Shown: positions 1-13,909 of the stretch, piece by piece
Layout of the letters: every line of letters begins with the position of its first letter
Numbering within the stretch: the first letter of the stretch is position 1
Origin: Catajapyx aquilonaris
Lineage: Eukaryota
Length of the DNA: 39,945 bases
Assembly (NCBI GenBank): GCA_000934665.2
Contig: KZ538927.1
Span: 1 to 39,945 of the forward strand
Reading direction: 5' to 3'
Position numbers and translations under genes: made by a program
The notes under the pieces: model-generated
What the model saw: only the letters and a program-made list of their open reading frames with translations
Databases searched by the model: none
Told to the model about the DNA's origin: nothing

Positions 1-419
1 CTTGGTACCAGATGAAAAAAATTTGGCGGCTTTTTCGATTTTTAAAATGGAAAGGTCCACTGTGCCCCGTGGTCCACTGTGCCCCAGTCTCCCCTACTTA
101 GCTCGAGCGAGACGCCCGCACCAGTGGTGCAAAGAGAAAGCTACACCCGCGACTCGATCCAACTTGGCTCACCAGAGTCGGAAAAATGTCATGACCACAA
201 AATAATACTGTATTTTGCTAATGAAGGAGCACAAGTCAACACAGATATAGGCACGCCACGCTAACTTCCAGTTGACGTCATAGTTTTGTTTACCAAGTCT
301 TGGCCTGGTATTTGGGTATTTGTACACGAATAGATCAACCATAAATATGCATTCCACCACTTTTCGGTACCAAAATGTCATTCCTCGATAAATTATTATC
401 GGGTTTAAAAAAAGTCACT

Positions 420-698
420 ACGGGAGGCATGGTGGTCCAGTGGTTACGCCACTGGCCAGGCAAGCGGGAGGCCGGGGTTCAAATCCTGTCCCCGTCACCT
501 CTACTTGGCCGGGTCTTTTTCCACTTTTCACCCGACATACCGGGACAGAATTGCACTCCCTACTCTGCCCGGGGCCAGCAGAAAAGGTCTGGTGTATTTA
601 CAGAGTCAGAAATGACTCAAAATTCAGCGCCCTCCTTGGGAACCTCCCCGTCCCCCCTAAGTCTATCTCCGCCCTATCACGGGGTATTTTTTTTTTTT
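420..698 (+). mobile_element. tRNA-derived SINE with poly-T tail
   Basis: A box TGGTCCAGTGG, B box GGTTCAAATCC, T-run tail; TSD AAGTCACT at 412-419 and 699-706. Confidence 0.8.
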
Positions 699-1079
699 AA
701 GTCACTCGCAAATTGGCGGGGAAAGCGGGGTCGTGGCCTAAAAACCGCATTCCCACTCCTGCCTAACCAAGCTGACAACAGTGACGTCAGCAGGCCGTTG
801 CGTCGCGGCCGTTCGATTCGGCTTATTTACTGGCGGTCTCGTTCGATTCGGCTTTACTGGTGGTCGTTCGATTCCGTTGTTCGGCAGCAAAGGAACAAAG
901 CAACCCGGGTGCATTCCTGCCTCTGCACCGATGTTTTGACAACATTGACGTCAGAGGGCCATACGATACCGTATAATTATTATGATTTTAGATTGATCAT
1001 AGCTCGGAAACCAATATTTATTTCTTCAAACAAGAAAACACCAAAATTCATTTAAAAATAAGGACGATTTTTTACATGG

Positions 1080-1397
1080 GGAGCCGTCCATAATCCGCGC
1101 TGACAAGTGAAGGGGGGGAGGGGGGTTGCACTTTGTCCGCTTTTGTCCGTACAGGGGGGTGGGGGTAGAAGTCAGTTGTACGCGCGGACAATAAACGTCA
1201 AATGAATATTAAGGACTCGGCCGTCTTTTTAGTCAGACCTCTCAAATATACCGTAATGCCTCTGAAAAAAGGAATTTGTGTGTAGATATCAAAAAATAAA
1301 AAAATACCAATATATTGAAAATAACACTTTCAGTGTGGCGAAGCGGGGNGAGGCAAAAAAGTGAAAAAATCTGTCCGCGCGGATTATGGACGGCCCC
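1080..1397. mobile_element. PIF/Harbinger (Tourist)-like MITE
   Basis: About 26-bp TIR GG(A/G)GCCGTCCATAATCCGCGC(T/G)GACA at both ends; 3-bp direct repeat TGG at 1077-1079 and 1398-1400. Confidence 0.7.
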
Positions 1398-1657
1398 TGG
1401 GTTTGCAAAATGTAGGCTAGGACCCCATTCATAGTCAACGGAAACATCCACTGCAGATAAATATTCAAATCTAGTATATTGAAATTTAATATGTTCATCA
1501 TTCTGAAAATGTATTGAAGGAAGCACGTCAGGCGACAGATGATCAGATGAGAAGGATATTGCATGGAAGGTTTGGAAATATTTTTGCCTCTCCCATCGAG
1601 TGGAAGGAGAGGGGATTTTGACCCATTTTTATTTTCACCTATAACACTGAAGGTTAA

Positions 1658-2601
1658 GGTAGTTCTTGCGCTTGGAAACGGGGGGAAGGGGGAGGGGTGT
1701 TGAGCCTATGTTTATACATGGGGCGAGCTGGCCAATACCAACTTCTGCGATTGTAAGACATTTCTGCTAGTATTTCTGTGAAACAGAGTTTTGAGTACGT
1801 GTTTCGCGTCGGATACGTTACGTGAACATTTATTTGGGGGATAATAATTCCCTCGTGCACTTTTGTCCCGGAGAAGAGCAGAAATGTGGCTGTTCCAAAT
1901 ACCGGAAAAAGTGCGGCAAATCCGGCAACGTTGCACACGTTGGCAGGCCTGATAAACAACGTATCGATGTTTCGATATTTCCCCCCAGCGATATATCGAG
2001 TACTCGATAGTTAACCCAACTATCGATATTACAGTATATCGATATTCGAATAAAATTATTGTTATTGTTATTGTTATTAAAATATATTATTAAAATAATT
2101 ATTATTGCCCCTTTTAACTCTTGCACATCCCTATATCGTAAAACGAGCCCTATATATTAATTTTATACTCTTAAAACGAGCTCAGCGCGATGCCTGGAAC
2201 TTTCAAAACGCGCGCCCCCTACTATATTGTTGTAGCTGCGTTGCCAAGTCATCGCTGGGAGCCGCGACTACCCCGCAGTTTTGAAGGGATTGTGGAAGAA
2301 CGGGCCTAGTTACGTATTGGTTTCTTGTGACAAAATAATTTGGTACGAATGTGGCTACACAGTGATTAGTTTTTTGTGATAGTGGCACCATTTTCACGGG
2401 ATCTACGGGGGGAAATATCGGTTCCTGGATGCCCCTCTCCATAAGCCGCCATGTATAAGACCTCAAGTTCAGAGATGAATATCTCCGAAAGTATTTAGTA
2501 GAAGTCCTTTATATTTTACAGGCTCATTAGTCACATAACAGGGAACAACTGGTGTAATTTTAAATTCTCTGCCACCATTTCGTCTTAGCGCAAGAACTAC
2601 C
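1658..2601. mobile_element. Kolobok-like non-autonomous DNA transposon
   Basis: Perfect 15-bp TIR GGTAGTTCTTGCGCT; TTAA on both sides (1654-1657, 2602-2605). GG termini with TTAA fit Kolobok rather than piggyBac (CCC). Confidence 0.7.
1960..2133 (-). mobile_element. hAT-like MITE end fragment nested in the Kolobok-like element
   Basis: Terminus TAGGGATGTGCA (minus strand, 2122-2133) with clustered ATCGAT(A) subterminal repeats; no second end seen. Confidence 0.4.
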
Positions 2602-2605
2602 TTAA

Positions 2606-2658
2606 NNNNNNNNNNNNNNNNNNNNNNNNNNNNNNNNNNNNNNNNNNNNNNNNNNNNN
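2606..2658. other. Assembly gap
   Basis: Run of N followed by poly-C. Confidence 0.99.
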
Positions 2659-5046
2659 CCCCCCCCCCCCCTCCCCCACTTGGAGGCAGTGCATTGGCGG
2701 CAGAAAGCCTGTGTACGACACAGCATAGGAGGGGCTAGTCCTATTTTGGGTAACACCGCCCACATTTTGCTTCCAAACGTGCCTGAACAATAGCGCAGAT
2801 GACAGAGTGCTGGTCCCTGATATAACTTTTGACGTCACTCAGGCGGTTTATCTAACATTCTAACGCCTGAATTGCTCACTGCTGACAATATTTTTCTGCT
2901 CGATTTCCATCTAAACAGCGGGCAGTGTCATGCAAAGTACTCTCCTGGCTCTCTCCTTTTAACAAGATGTAATGCCAAGATTACCGCCAAAGCTGCAAAG
3001 CATGTTCGCGGGAGACCGTAATTGATCTGTGTGATGATTGTGTAGGTACCGCAGTGTGTGTGTGGGTGTGTGTGTGAGTGAGTGAGAGGGGGGGGGAGGG
3101 AGAGAGGGGCGCGCTTACCCATAAGCAACACAGTGGTAGCGTGAGCACAGGTTTCCATTAGACGTCTTTTTTGTGACGAAGAAAGGGTGTAGCCTCATGA
3201 TGGATTTGTAGGATACGTGTATGGCGGGATGTCCCTAATACAGTACAGTACGATTCCAGGCAGGGCCTTGAGTTTTATCGGGGTGCAATAGGAGGCTTTT
3301 GGGCTGGGGATTTTTGGGTGTTCGGGACCGCCCGATGCCAATGTGACATATCGATCCTGCGGCCCTGCAGCACTTGGCAAAGAGAAACGCAGAGCCCCCC
3401 CCCCCCCTCTCTCTCTCTCTGACCTCAAATCGGCAGTCCTAACTGTCAACCCCCCGCTCTTTGGCCCCATTTGCCTTCCAATTTCGGACCGGGTCGCGAC
3501 ACGGAATTTTTTGCATTTTTTTGCATTCCTTCCTTCCAACTCGATTAGTTGGAAAATAAACGAGCCTAAATGTCAGCACCTCGTCAAGACGCGTTTTTGT
3601 ATTAATTTGCAATGTTCGAACAGCTTGGAAGGTTCCCTCCGTTCATGATTCACAAGTCTCTGTGCACTTAGAAGTGTGTGAAGGCAAAGAAAGCGGGTAG
3701 AAATTTTTCTATCGCGAATAAGAGATTTGACAGGATTTTCTTTATACAAGCGGCCACGTTCAGAATGCGGTGATCAATTTAGTATGACACATCATCCGTG
3801 CAATAAGCAGCGACGAGTCTGCCCTGCATGAAAAAACATTCAGACGAAAATCGTGATAAATCCAAGTTATTGTGAATAATTCAAGCTCGTGACGAGCACT
3901 TTGTATTGCTATTCGGGAAAGGTGTTTGCATCGAATTGGACGGTGCCTAATGTGTACAAAGCAGAACATCGCAGGGGGTCCTTTCCAGTACAGCATTTTC
4001 CCCCCTGGTTCCTTGAAATGTTGATGGTGTCGGACAAAGAAGGTAGCAGCTTCCATTCTAGGGTTGGTCGGCACGCGAAAAGGAAGCTCAAAAACTGCAT
4101 CAAAGTTGCATGCGAACTAGGGAATTGGGTTTTTCCGACACGAAGCTGCTGCCCTCCCACGGTGTAAATTCCACGGACGAGCGTGACAACCAGGATTGAT
4201 TCATATCGCCCTATTTATTTTCGGGAGATATTGCCGGGTATCTCTTTGCCTCCCACGCGACCCTTGTAAACTTTATTGCCAAGTGCCACTCTGACGAAAT
4301 TCCAGAACTTGCCTTACGACATGGCACACATGGCAGGTACCCTATAAGCAACGGGAAGACACTTTTCAAGTTATTTCCATCACAGCAGTTCATCAACTAA
4401 ACGAGTACCAGAAATGATTATTCACTCCTGCAGTCTCAGATAAAGGCCCCTAGTAAATCCAAGGTATAGTGAGTGTAAGTGGTTCCAGGCCTGGAAGTAT
4501 AGAAAGACGCATTATCAAGATGTCGTTAAGAACTCAGAGGTACCGAGTCGGTATAGGCTCAGCTGGTGAATATAATGGATTCTGAGGTATGGGCAAATAA
4601 GTCGCATTTCAAAGTTGGTCTACTCTCCTAAAATTGTAGGTCTCGACTATTACAGTATACTGATGTCAGAATCTAATCAAATTGCCAGTGACTTATCCTG
4701 TAAGTTACATTAAAATGAAATTGCCCAATTTTGAGGTCTTGAAATGTTATATTCCCCGTCATCCCATTATACAAAACCCATTATACTGTACTAAGTGAAT
4801 ATACAGGGTGTTTCACTAGGTAGTCCCCCCAAGAATCAGCTATATTCTTCTTACCGGTACCACTCTACCGAGAAACGTGATGTTTGGTTTAAAAGTTACC
4901 TTAGAATTAGTTCATGCGAATGTAGCATCATTCAAATACAGTAAATGCTGTACTTGACCTTCAACGACCTCCATACGCACTCGAACGCAACTCGGCTCGA
5001 CGCTTCTTATTATCGAAGATCCTCCGCAGAATATCCTCATAAACGG

Positions 5047-5411
5047 GGAGGTGCGGTGGCCGAGATGGTACAGAACCAACGTCTCGGCTTGCTGAGCGAT
5101 AGGTCCCAGGTTCGATCCCCGCCTGGGAGCTCCCTTTCGCCTGCGTCAGGAGGATCTCTGACCCGCGCCTTGGAGGTGTCTGGCAACCTTACCTCCTGGA
5201 GGAATGCACATGGCCCAGTTTGAGACAATGCACTTGCATCAGTGTCCCCTTCCCAAAAATCCCCATTCCCTTCCCCTTTTCCCTTCTCCCCTGCACGGTG
5301 TTAGAGGAAAAACTCAGAAAAGTGAGATGAAAAAATGGTGGGATTCCACCCCACCCTAAAGGAGCGTTGATTCTCCCAATGGGATAAGTAAAATAAAATA
5401 AATAAAATAAA
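5047..5411 (+). mobile_element. tRNA-derived SINE with (TAAAA)n tail
   Basis: A box TGGCCGAGATGG, B box GGTTCGATCCC; TSD AATATCCTCA(T/C)AAACGG at 5030-5046 and 5412-5428. Confidence 0.88.
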
Positions 5412-6224
5412 AATATCCTCACAAACGGTCCGGTTTGCTGCACTTATGCTGCTTTCTAAGTCTTATAACCTCCAGGTTGATTGTTGTAAGCACAACTTTA
5501 CAAATACTGTATCCTCATTCGCGATTCTTTTTACAGGTGGAAACACGATACCCGGCTTCTTGAGACAAAATCGTGGTGACCTTTTCGGTCATTCCAGAAG
5601 CCTGTGCTTCACTTTTTCGATTTATTTCTTCCTCTAAAGGAGGTGATCTATCACTGTATTGGTCCAAAACACTCAGTGCAGCAATCCGAACTGTTAACAA
5701 TAAGGAGCAGCGTCACGTCGAGTCGCGTTCAAGTGAGTGTGGAGGTCGTCGAAGGTCAATTTCAACATTTATTCTCAATAGTACTGCATTCCCATAAACT
5801 AATGTAAGTTTTAAACCAAACCGCATGTTTCTAGGTAGAGTAGGAAGAAAAATATAGCCTGTTCTGTATACGAGCCTGGTATATGGTAATAGCCTGGTAC
5901 GTGTAACTGCAGGGTGTCTTCCAGATTATTTTACTGCGTAGTTTTCTTAAAATATTTACAAGATGAAATGAGAATAAATAATGAAATGTTAAAGGACGTT
6001 TAACTTTACCATAAAATGTAGATGTAATTATTCAGAGTTTATTTGTGAGAAAGGTAGAGTCCCCAAATATTACACGGGAGAACAAAAATATTTTATTTTT
6101 CCTGTTGCATGAGATTTTTCAACTGATTCTGACAACCTAAACAGGAGGTGTAAGTGTCGCATATTACCGCCCGTGTTCGTGGTCTGATAATGAATGTCGG
6201 CATAATGAATCTCTCTAAGTGTAA

Positions 6225-6840
6225 CGGGCCCTAAGTGTTTTAACTTTGCACTTTGTGATAAGAAGGTTCCACTTGGTACACATGTTACCTAGGCCTATAA
6301 GAGCCCTGTGAGAGTTGGCGGCACCTGATCTGCCCCTTAGGGCCCAAGTTATGCGGTGTTGCCAGGAATGCCAACCCAGGAGGCGCAAAACATGGAAATG
6401 TCCTAAACGTCGGATAAAACCGCATGAGAATGGTAGAAAATGATACAGATCTACTCTGTCAGCACTCTTCCGATGTATTACAAGGTAATGAGGTGGCACC
6501 TGTCCACAACGAACCTTGAGTATAGCGAAAACCTGTCAATTGCGGAATTTTTTGGAAACTGGGGTGTATGCAGAGGGCATGAAATGTTCCCCCCCCCCCC
6601 CCCCCCCCCTTTTGAACGAAGGGACCGATCAGGTGCCGCCAACTCTAAAATGATTCCTGATGAAGGCCTAGGCCCTAGAGAAAGTATGTTCCAAGTGGCG
6701 CACCTTCTTATCACAAAGTGCAAAGTTAAAACGCTTAGGTCCCGGAACAGGTTGGCAACACCGCATAACTTGTGACCTAAGGGGACGATCAGATGCCGCC
6801 ATCTCTCAAATGGCTCATGTATGCCTATAGGTCACATGTG
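6225..6840. mobile_element. Rearranged TIR element related to the Academ-like MITE at 18509
   Basis: Arms ~6225-6338 and ~6620-6744 are inverted copies (AACTTTGCACTTTGTGATAAGAAGG). A second partial right arm lies at ~6752-6840 and a terminal remnant at ~7878-7913. Confidence 0.6.
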
Positions 6841-6849
6841 GGACTGAAA

Positions 6850-7806
6850 CTGAAACTCACTTTCGGCCAAAAGTGGACTTACCCTTTTCCTCCTTCCTTC
6901 TCCTACCCCACACCGCCCCTTTCCCCTTTAAAAAATATCTCCTAGCAAAACCCATCTTTTATACCTTTTTTCATCCATCGTCCGTCTGTCTGTGGACAGG
7001 TATCAGGTATCATGGGGTAGGAGGAGGGAGGGGGGAAATGATGATCTGGGGGTGGTGGTGGGGGGACTGGGAGATCAGGGAGAAGGGGTGGATATAGTGA
7101 ACCCGGAATCCGAAAATCGAAAAGACCCTCTTATAGCACGGCTCTGTTTGTTTGATACCTGTTCAGACAAACAGTGCCGTTCTATAAGACTGAAGTCTAC
7201 TCTAATCACGGGAGCGTGATTAGAATATACTCTTTCTCATTCTTTCAAGTAGGTTAATGACTGTAGCAATGTTGTTGATGTCAACCTGCATGTTGCGTAT
7301 TTTTTCAGTAGATAGCTCATTATACCGCCTGCGTCCCCTTCCCCCACCACCCCCACCCCCTAACCGTCCCATTCCCCCAGACCTACCAGTCCCCACCCCC
7401 TCCTACCCCCAGACCGGCCCTTTCCCATATGAAAAATTTATCCTTGCAAACCCTTCTTTTAGACCTTTTCTCGTCCATCGGAAAAAGTCTTATAGCACGG
7501 CTCTGTCCGTCCGTCCGTCTGTGGACAGGTACCTGGTACCACGTATCAGGGGTAGGAGGTGGGGGAGGGGAAAACCTGGGGGAGGGGGCTGCGGGGGAAC
7601 TGGGAGGTCAGGGGGGAAAGAGACGGTCAGAGAAGAATGGGCGGTCAGGGGGTAGGGGGTGGTGGAAGGGACTGTGGGGGGGGGGAGGGATGAGCCAGGG
7701 GGAGGGGGCGGTCCAGGTGACTTGTGCGGATAGAGTGAACCCGGAACCCGAAAATCGGAAAAAAGTCATAAGTTGTAGCACGGCACTGTCTGTCTGATAC
7801 CTTTCC

Positions 7807-7839
<33 letters not shown>

Positions 7840-7875
7840 GCTGCTCTATAAGACTTTTTTCTCGAAAAAGTCAAA
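6850..7875 (+). mobile_element. Two tandem DINE-1/Helentron-like repeat copies
   Basis: (GTCY)n/(GACA)n microsatellites bounded by AAGTCTTATAG...CTATAAGACTT; shared core GTGAACCCGGAA(T/C)CCGAAAATCG at ~7097 and ~7735; hairpin TCTAATCACG-GGAG-CGTGATTAGA at 7201-7224. The family label is an inference. Confidence 0.5.
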
Positions 7876-10800
7876 CTGTTTAAAACGCTTACAGGTCCCG
7901 GACCAGGTTAGCAAATATTTCAGTGGATACCAATGCCACGCATGTGCGATCCGTATTTTCGTTATTATGGGTTTCGTTCAATAAGGTCGACATTCGCAAA
8001 TCTTGAAAATGCAACATAGCGCGGTTTTGATTTCCACGGTTCAATTATTTGTGGAGATTTTCATTCACTAAGCAGGAAGACAAATGGAAGTACAATATTA
8101 TTCTAGCTTGCAAAATGTATTTTAATGCAATCTGACTTCATATTTTGTACCGGTACTTATTGTGTTTTGATTCAGACGTTCTGGCTATACTACTGAATGT
8201 TAGTTCCTCTTAAATTTTCAAGCGAGGCCCCAAAAAAAATATTTTATAATTTGGGATATTCTCATTTCATCATCTTGCTTTCAATGTTCTGTATTTTTAA
8301 CCAGGGGGTTTCTATTTCAAGTCGACTATGAAGCAAGAGACGCAGATGTACTTATTCTTCACCTTTTTATCTCAGAAAACGAGACACACTCATTAGTTTT
8401 CAGGTGCGTCCAAATGGGCTCGCACAGGTGCAGTGAAATACAATAGAGTTTCGCAGAATTTCCGTGCCCATAGCCGCCGAGGACACACGAAAACTCTTAG
8501 CAGGGACAGAATATTTATGACCCCTTCAGAGTAATTTCAGTTGCTGGGCCAGGCTTTTAATTTCCAGTTACGGTGAAAATTCCTAGTTAAATTCGAGGAC
8601 CGCCCTAATAAAATAATTCAGAAATATAAAATTTGTTCTTCCAGTGGTGTTATGAAACACAAGCAGTTATGACAGGTTTTACTATATTTTGCACTTACAT
8701 TTTACTTCTCTCGTATGGAATATGCTAAATTAAGTTATAAGATAACCCATGTATCATATCTAATGTGCTTTCAATTAATTTAATCAAAAATGACATTTGA
8801 TTGGGAATACCCTGTAATTGAATTTTTCGGTGCTGGGTGCATAATCACCAGTAAATTCTGAATTTCCTAAAAGTACAGTATGAGCTCTGATACAATGCCA
8901 TAAGTTAATGAAGGAAAAATTGTGGGTCGTTTTCTGGCCGCTTTTTTGCGACTGGGAAACAAGGAGTGTAGTGAATTGGTGTCGGAAGGTGAAAATGAAT
9001 GTTGAATGGTCAATGTGGCATTGTGTTTTGAGGTAGGTTGCTGGCGGCAACCTTGCTGATGAAGGAGGGGGTTGACGTGGGTGGGAATGGTTGGAAGGCA
9101 TGCTTTTTTGTAGGTATTGACAGACTGAGACAAGAGGGGGGAGGGGTGCTGCGGCCATTGTGGGTCTGCCCCACAGTCCAATGGAGAGCCTCTCCTTTGT
9201 CCTGCACGCGTCAACAATTAATACCGACCGTCCATAATAAAACACGACCTTGCTTCGATTTTAGTCTTGGGTATACGATTCGTAGATATCTAGCAGGACA
9301 TGTTTCATTGGATATACCGTATGCTTTACTGCCAAAGTTGAAAAAAGTGAATCTGTCCCACCTGCTTTCTACCATTCTGATAATAATGAGCGAATTTAGA
9401 AGTGTACATAAGTTTTGAATACATGAAGAGTCCATAAGGAATATTATGTATTATGGTACTGTACAATCATAATAACTTGCTGGGAAGCACTCTCCACATA
9501 CAATTTTGATAACGATCTACCATGAACATGCTAATACGGCTTATAGTGGCAGAAGATGGCAGCACTTATCCCTGTATGAGGATCTCGCTTCCTGGATACG
9601 TCACGGCCATGTTGCAAAGTGCAAAAGAGCTTGTGTGGCTCTTCGCCAGAAGTCTTTGCCATCGATTGGGTGCAGAGAGGAAAGTTTTGCTGCGGGGCCT
9701 CGTGTTTGTGCTCCCAACCAAGCCACTGCCCAAGGGATACGGAAAAGTGAAAAAGAGGCCTAAAAAGGCAAAAGGAAGCGGCTCAAATTCCTTCCTATCG
9801 TCTCGAGTTCCAATCCGATCTGCATTTCGTACAACATGAATTCCTTGCTGGGATCCCCAAATCTAATCATGTAGTCCGAATTGGGAAGGACCAAAGGGGG
9901 TTGCTGGTGGGAGCTGGGCTGACGGGATAAAAAAGGACTGATAGGCGGCTGAGACCAAGTTCTGCAGCGTTCAGAAATATTGGTTGTGATTGCGTGACAG
10001 TACCTTTTCGTGTCTTTCCGATTATTCTGTTACAGTCAGATGTCATTTCCTCTTATAAGATACTGCACGCGTAAAAAATACACTTCTGGGTAAACGTGAG
10101 GTTTTTTATTGACACAGGGAAAATGGCATTTATTAATGCAGGGTTTTAGCCTTAGGCTATGTGCAAAAATCTGTTATAACACATCTAGTCCTGACTTATT
10201 ACTCTATGTAGCATTACACGTAGGAGGCCAGACTTATCCACAGTATTCACATACCGTACTTCAAATCTGCTTAGTTTCCAGTATGGGAGCAGATAGTGAT
10301 TTAAATTAGGATTGCCAAATTCTGAATGCATCATTTTCGGAAAACAATGTTTCCGAATTCAACCAATAATGCGAGCATTCGCCTGTAATCTCTATTTAAG
10401 GTTAACTGTAAACCTGGCGGCATGTTATTATAGTTTTATATAAACTATTCTTTTCTCATTTTAAATTACTGAAAGGTGGACAGTTTGGGAAGAACATTAT
10501 GAAACACTTATTTGGTAGGCGTCAATATCTCGTTCAATCTCATTTTTATCGACGGCCACACGTATTGAACAATCAGAGGCATCTGATGGAGGCGTCTGAA
10601 ATCCACTTGCTATTGTCTTGCTATTGACGAAAAACATAGCACTCATGGGATCTCGGAAAAGGAGCAAGTTAGAGTACTTACATGCACGTGCTGAAAATAA
10701 GGTCTGCATTAAAGTGGGTCCCAGGACATGATTTTATAAAGAAGTCCATTCCAGCCACAAGTCTCAGCGCAAACGAAAACAATTTTGTTCGCAATTTTCT

Positions 10801-11998
10801 CGCTTGATTAACTTTTGTTGTTATTGCAATTCTCCGGCTCTCAAGTGTCTTTGCAAGAAGCGGGCTTCCAGGAAACTGATGCAGTCTATGCTTGGACTAG
10901 ACAGATTGGAGTACAGTCTCAGTTTATTATTACTTAATATGTAACAATATATTAAAGTCGTCTGTGGTCCTTAGTAATGGTCGAAAACTATATAACAAAA
11001 AATTGCTTTACCCTGGAATTTCATGCTACAAACCTACACTTTGACAAATATGAGGCGAGAAATGTGCTGTTGCCAATTATTTTAGATTCCGAAATCAAAT
11101 AATGGGAGCGAAGAGTTGAGCAGCTTCTTATCACTGCTAGTCTACAAGTAGGGAATAATTATTGTAGGCTACTGTACGTCTGTCCAAAATAGTTAATCTT
11201 AAAAACGCTCTCATCTGCTACCTCCCAGGGCAGGTTATAAGGAGGCATATTAAACACCGAGAAATGAAGAGTTTCAAAAATGGAAGATAGTTCTCGTTTT
11301 ATCAGGATTCGGGTTGTATGATTCATTTTTGAAACGAGCCCAATATTCGACATTATTTTATATCTTCCGAAATATGTTGCTCTACATGACAAACAGCCAT
11401 ATTATGTCAGAATAGAGGCTGTGAAGTGAGACCTCTGCAAAAAATGATATCCTGGTACCCAGGAAACCATTGTAGATCTGTTTGAGTCAATATGATAATT
11501 ATTACATGGGGTTTCTAACAGTATAATAATTTCCTTCTCAGTTGTCTCAAGACGTAGAGTGGAAGTGAACATTCACGAAATCGTTACCTATGCGGATGTG
11601 AACTTACGTTAATTTATCACATATCCAATCGGTATAATACCTTCGCATGGATTTTTCCTGAGAGTATGAAACATTAATCATAATAGTTGCTCCTTGAAGT
11701 CGGCGATTAATTTTGGTAAAGGCCCATTAATTCCATGCAAAATGACACCTTTCCGTGAGACTGAAGTCTCCCCAACCCCCACCATCCAAGGGACGTCACA
11801 ACCGGATTAACCCCCTTCGTGATTTCTCAGGTCACATCAACCAGGTCGAAACAGCTATTCGCGTGACAAAACCGTATTTCGTGACCCGATTCCACCAAGG
11901 AAAGAGAAAGAAAAAAGCGACCGTGATTGATCATTTAACATGCCAGCACTAATTCTATAACAGAAAAACGCTATTGCAGATTTGAAACACTGGGGCTA

Positions 11999-12163
<165 letters not shown>

Positions 12164-12372
12164 TCACTGTTGAATATAATTAGCTTTGAGAATCTACAAC
12201 AAAGCAATAACTTGCTATTTGTGATATAGGCCTATCAGGTTACAAATGGTAAATTATTCAGTATTAACAATTTTGACTTTTGTGTAATGACAATGAATCC
12301 TGCTACTATTTTTATAAATACTTTAGTTTACAAAGGGTCTTTGAAGTTGTTGAAACTTTGGAATCTTGTTTA

Positions 12373-12717
<345 letters not shown>

Positions 12718-13909
12718 TCATGATATGGTATGGTAAGTTACTCGTATAACCTACTGAACAGACTCACCTCCCTTTCGACTCCTTTCCCTCTCGCTCCAAT
12801 GACAACACTACCCAAAATCTTATCTGCCTTCACAAATAGCAATGACTAGTATTATTTATATTTAAAAGATACCTGGAAGCAACAGGGAGAGAATAACATT
12901 ATTTTAAGACTACTAGTGAACTCGATCAAAATTGGGTGAAACTGATAATAACACTATGCAACAAAAATCAACATTTTTCTGTCCATGGAAATTCATCGCT
13001 ATTTCCATGTTCCTTAGGTCACTCATAACTCATAATAACCATTCATTTTGTCTTCGATTTGTTTTTGACCTCGGGGCAGTGAAAAAACCAAAATCCTCAA
13101 AGACAGCAGTTTTTCCCAATCAAGTGGGCCTAAATGTTGCTAGACCATCTCGATTTTGCTGAAAATAATCACAGTTGTACACACCTATGACGTAAAACAG
13201 CATATCAAGTTGCAGCCAAATTGCGAGATATCGCAGTGGGGAGGAAAAAAATCGCGAAATTTTGTAAATGGAGCATTTTATGGATAATTTTTTTTTTGGG
13301 TTAGTGGAAATTGTCAAAACACAATCAAAATATACATCAAATAAAAGAGAAACAGAACTGCGGTAGACGTAGGGTATTTATCAGACTTCGGTGAGTGCCG
13401 AGACCAACAATACCGTGTATTTAGTGATAGACTCCTCCACAGTGCACCACGAAAAACAAAAACGAGCATTTATGATCGTGTGTTTGGACTCAGATGTGTT
13501 GCAATGATGTGTTTATGATCAGATTGTGTTGTTATCGCCAAATAATTTACGTCGCAATTTTTCAATTTTTCAATTTAAAAATTTCATTTTCAAACTGGCG
13601 TGGAAGCGGCGTAAAATGGAGCGGCGTAAAACGGGTACTTACTACTTACTGTATTATCCCAGTCAAGAGCCCAGAAATGTGGCAACACCCTGTAATAGTT
13701 GATATACGCTAGGCCTACTGAAAGATGATGACATTCATGGCTGGGATGGCTGGGGAAAAATTCCAAAAAATATGATCGGTACGTTTTGATCTCAATTTTA
13801 AGAGCCCCGACATGATTACTTCCTTATAAATATTCGAATACAAGTGCAACATATTACACATTTAAAAACAAAATTCGTTTGGAGAAGCAATACGGACCTT
13901 ATTGAAATT

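Noticed and set aside
375..1055. Longest ORF (226 aa)
   Set aside because: Runs through a SINE and its poly-T tail; no recognisable domain.
4804..4830. Lone TA-CAGGGTG terminus (another at ~13686-13694)
   Set aside because: No matching partner end, so element limits cannot be defined.
420..5125. tRNA genes at ~421-495 and ~5047-5125 (also ~17751-17825)
   Set aside because: A/B boxes are present but followed by bodies, tails and TSDs, so these are SINE heads.
6655..6690. Hammerhead ribozyme-like CTGATGA...GAAA
   Set aside because: GAAA does not directly follow stem II, no stems I/III are evident, and the segment is part of a TE inverted arm.
8784..11500. ORFs and possible RNase H or hAT transposase relics
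   Set aside because: No coherent motif series; cannot be supported without a search.
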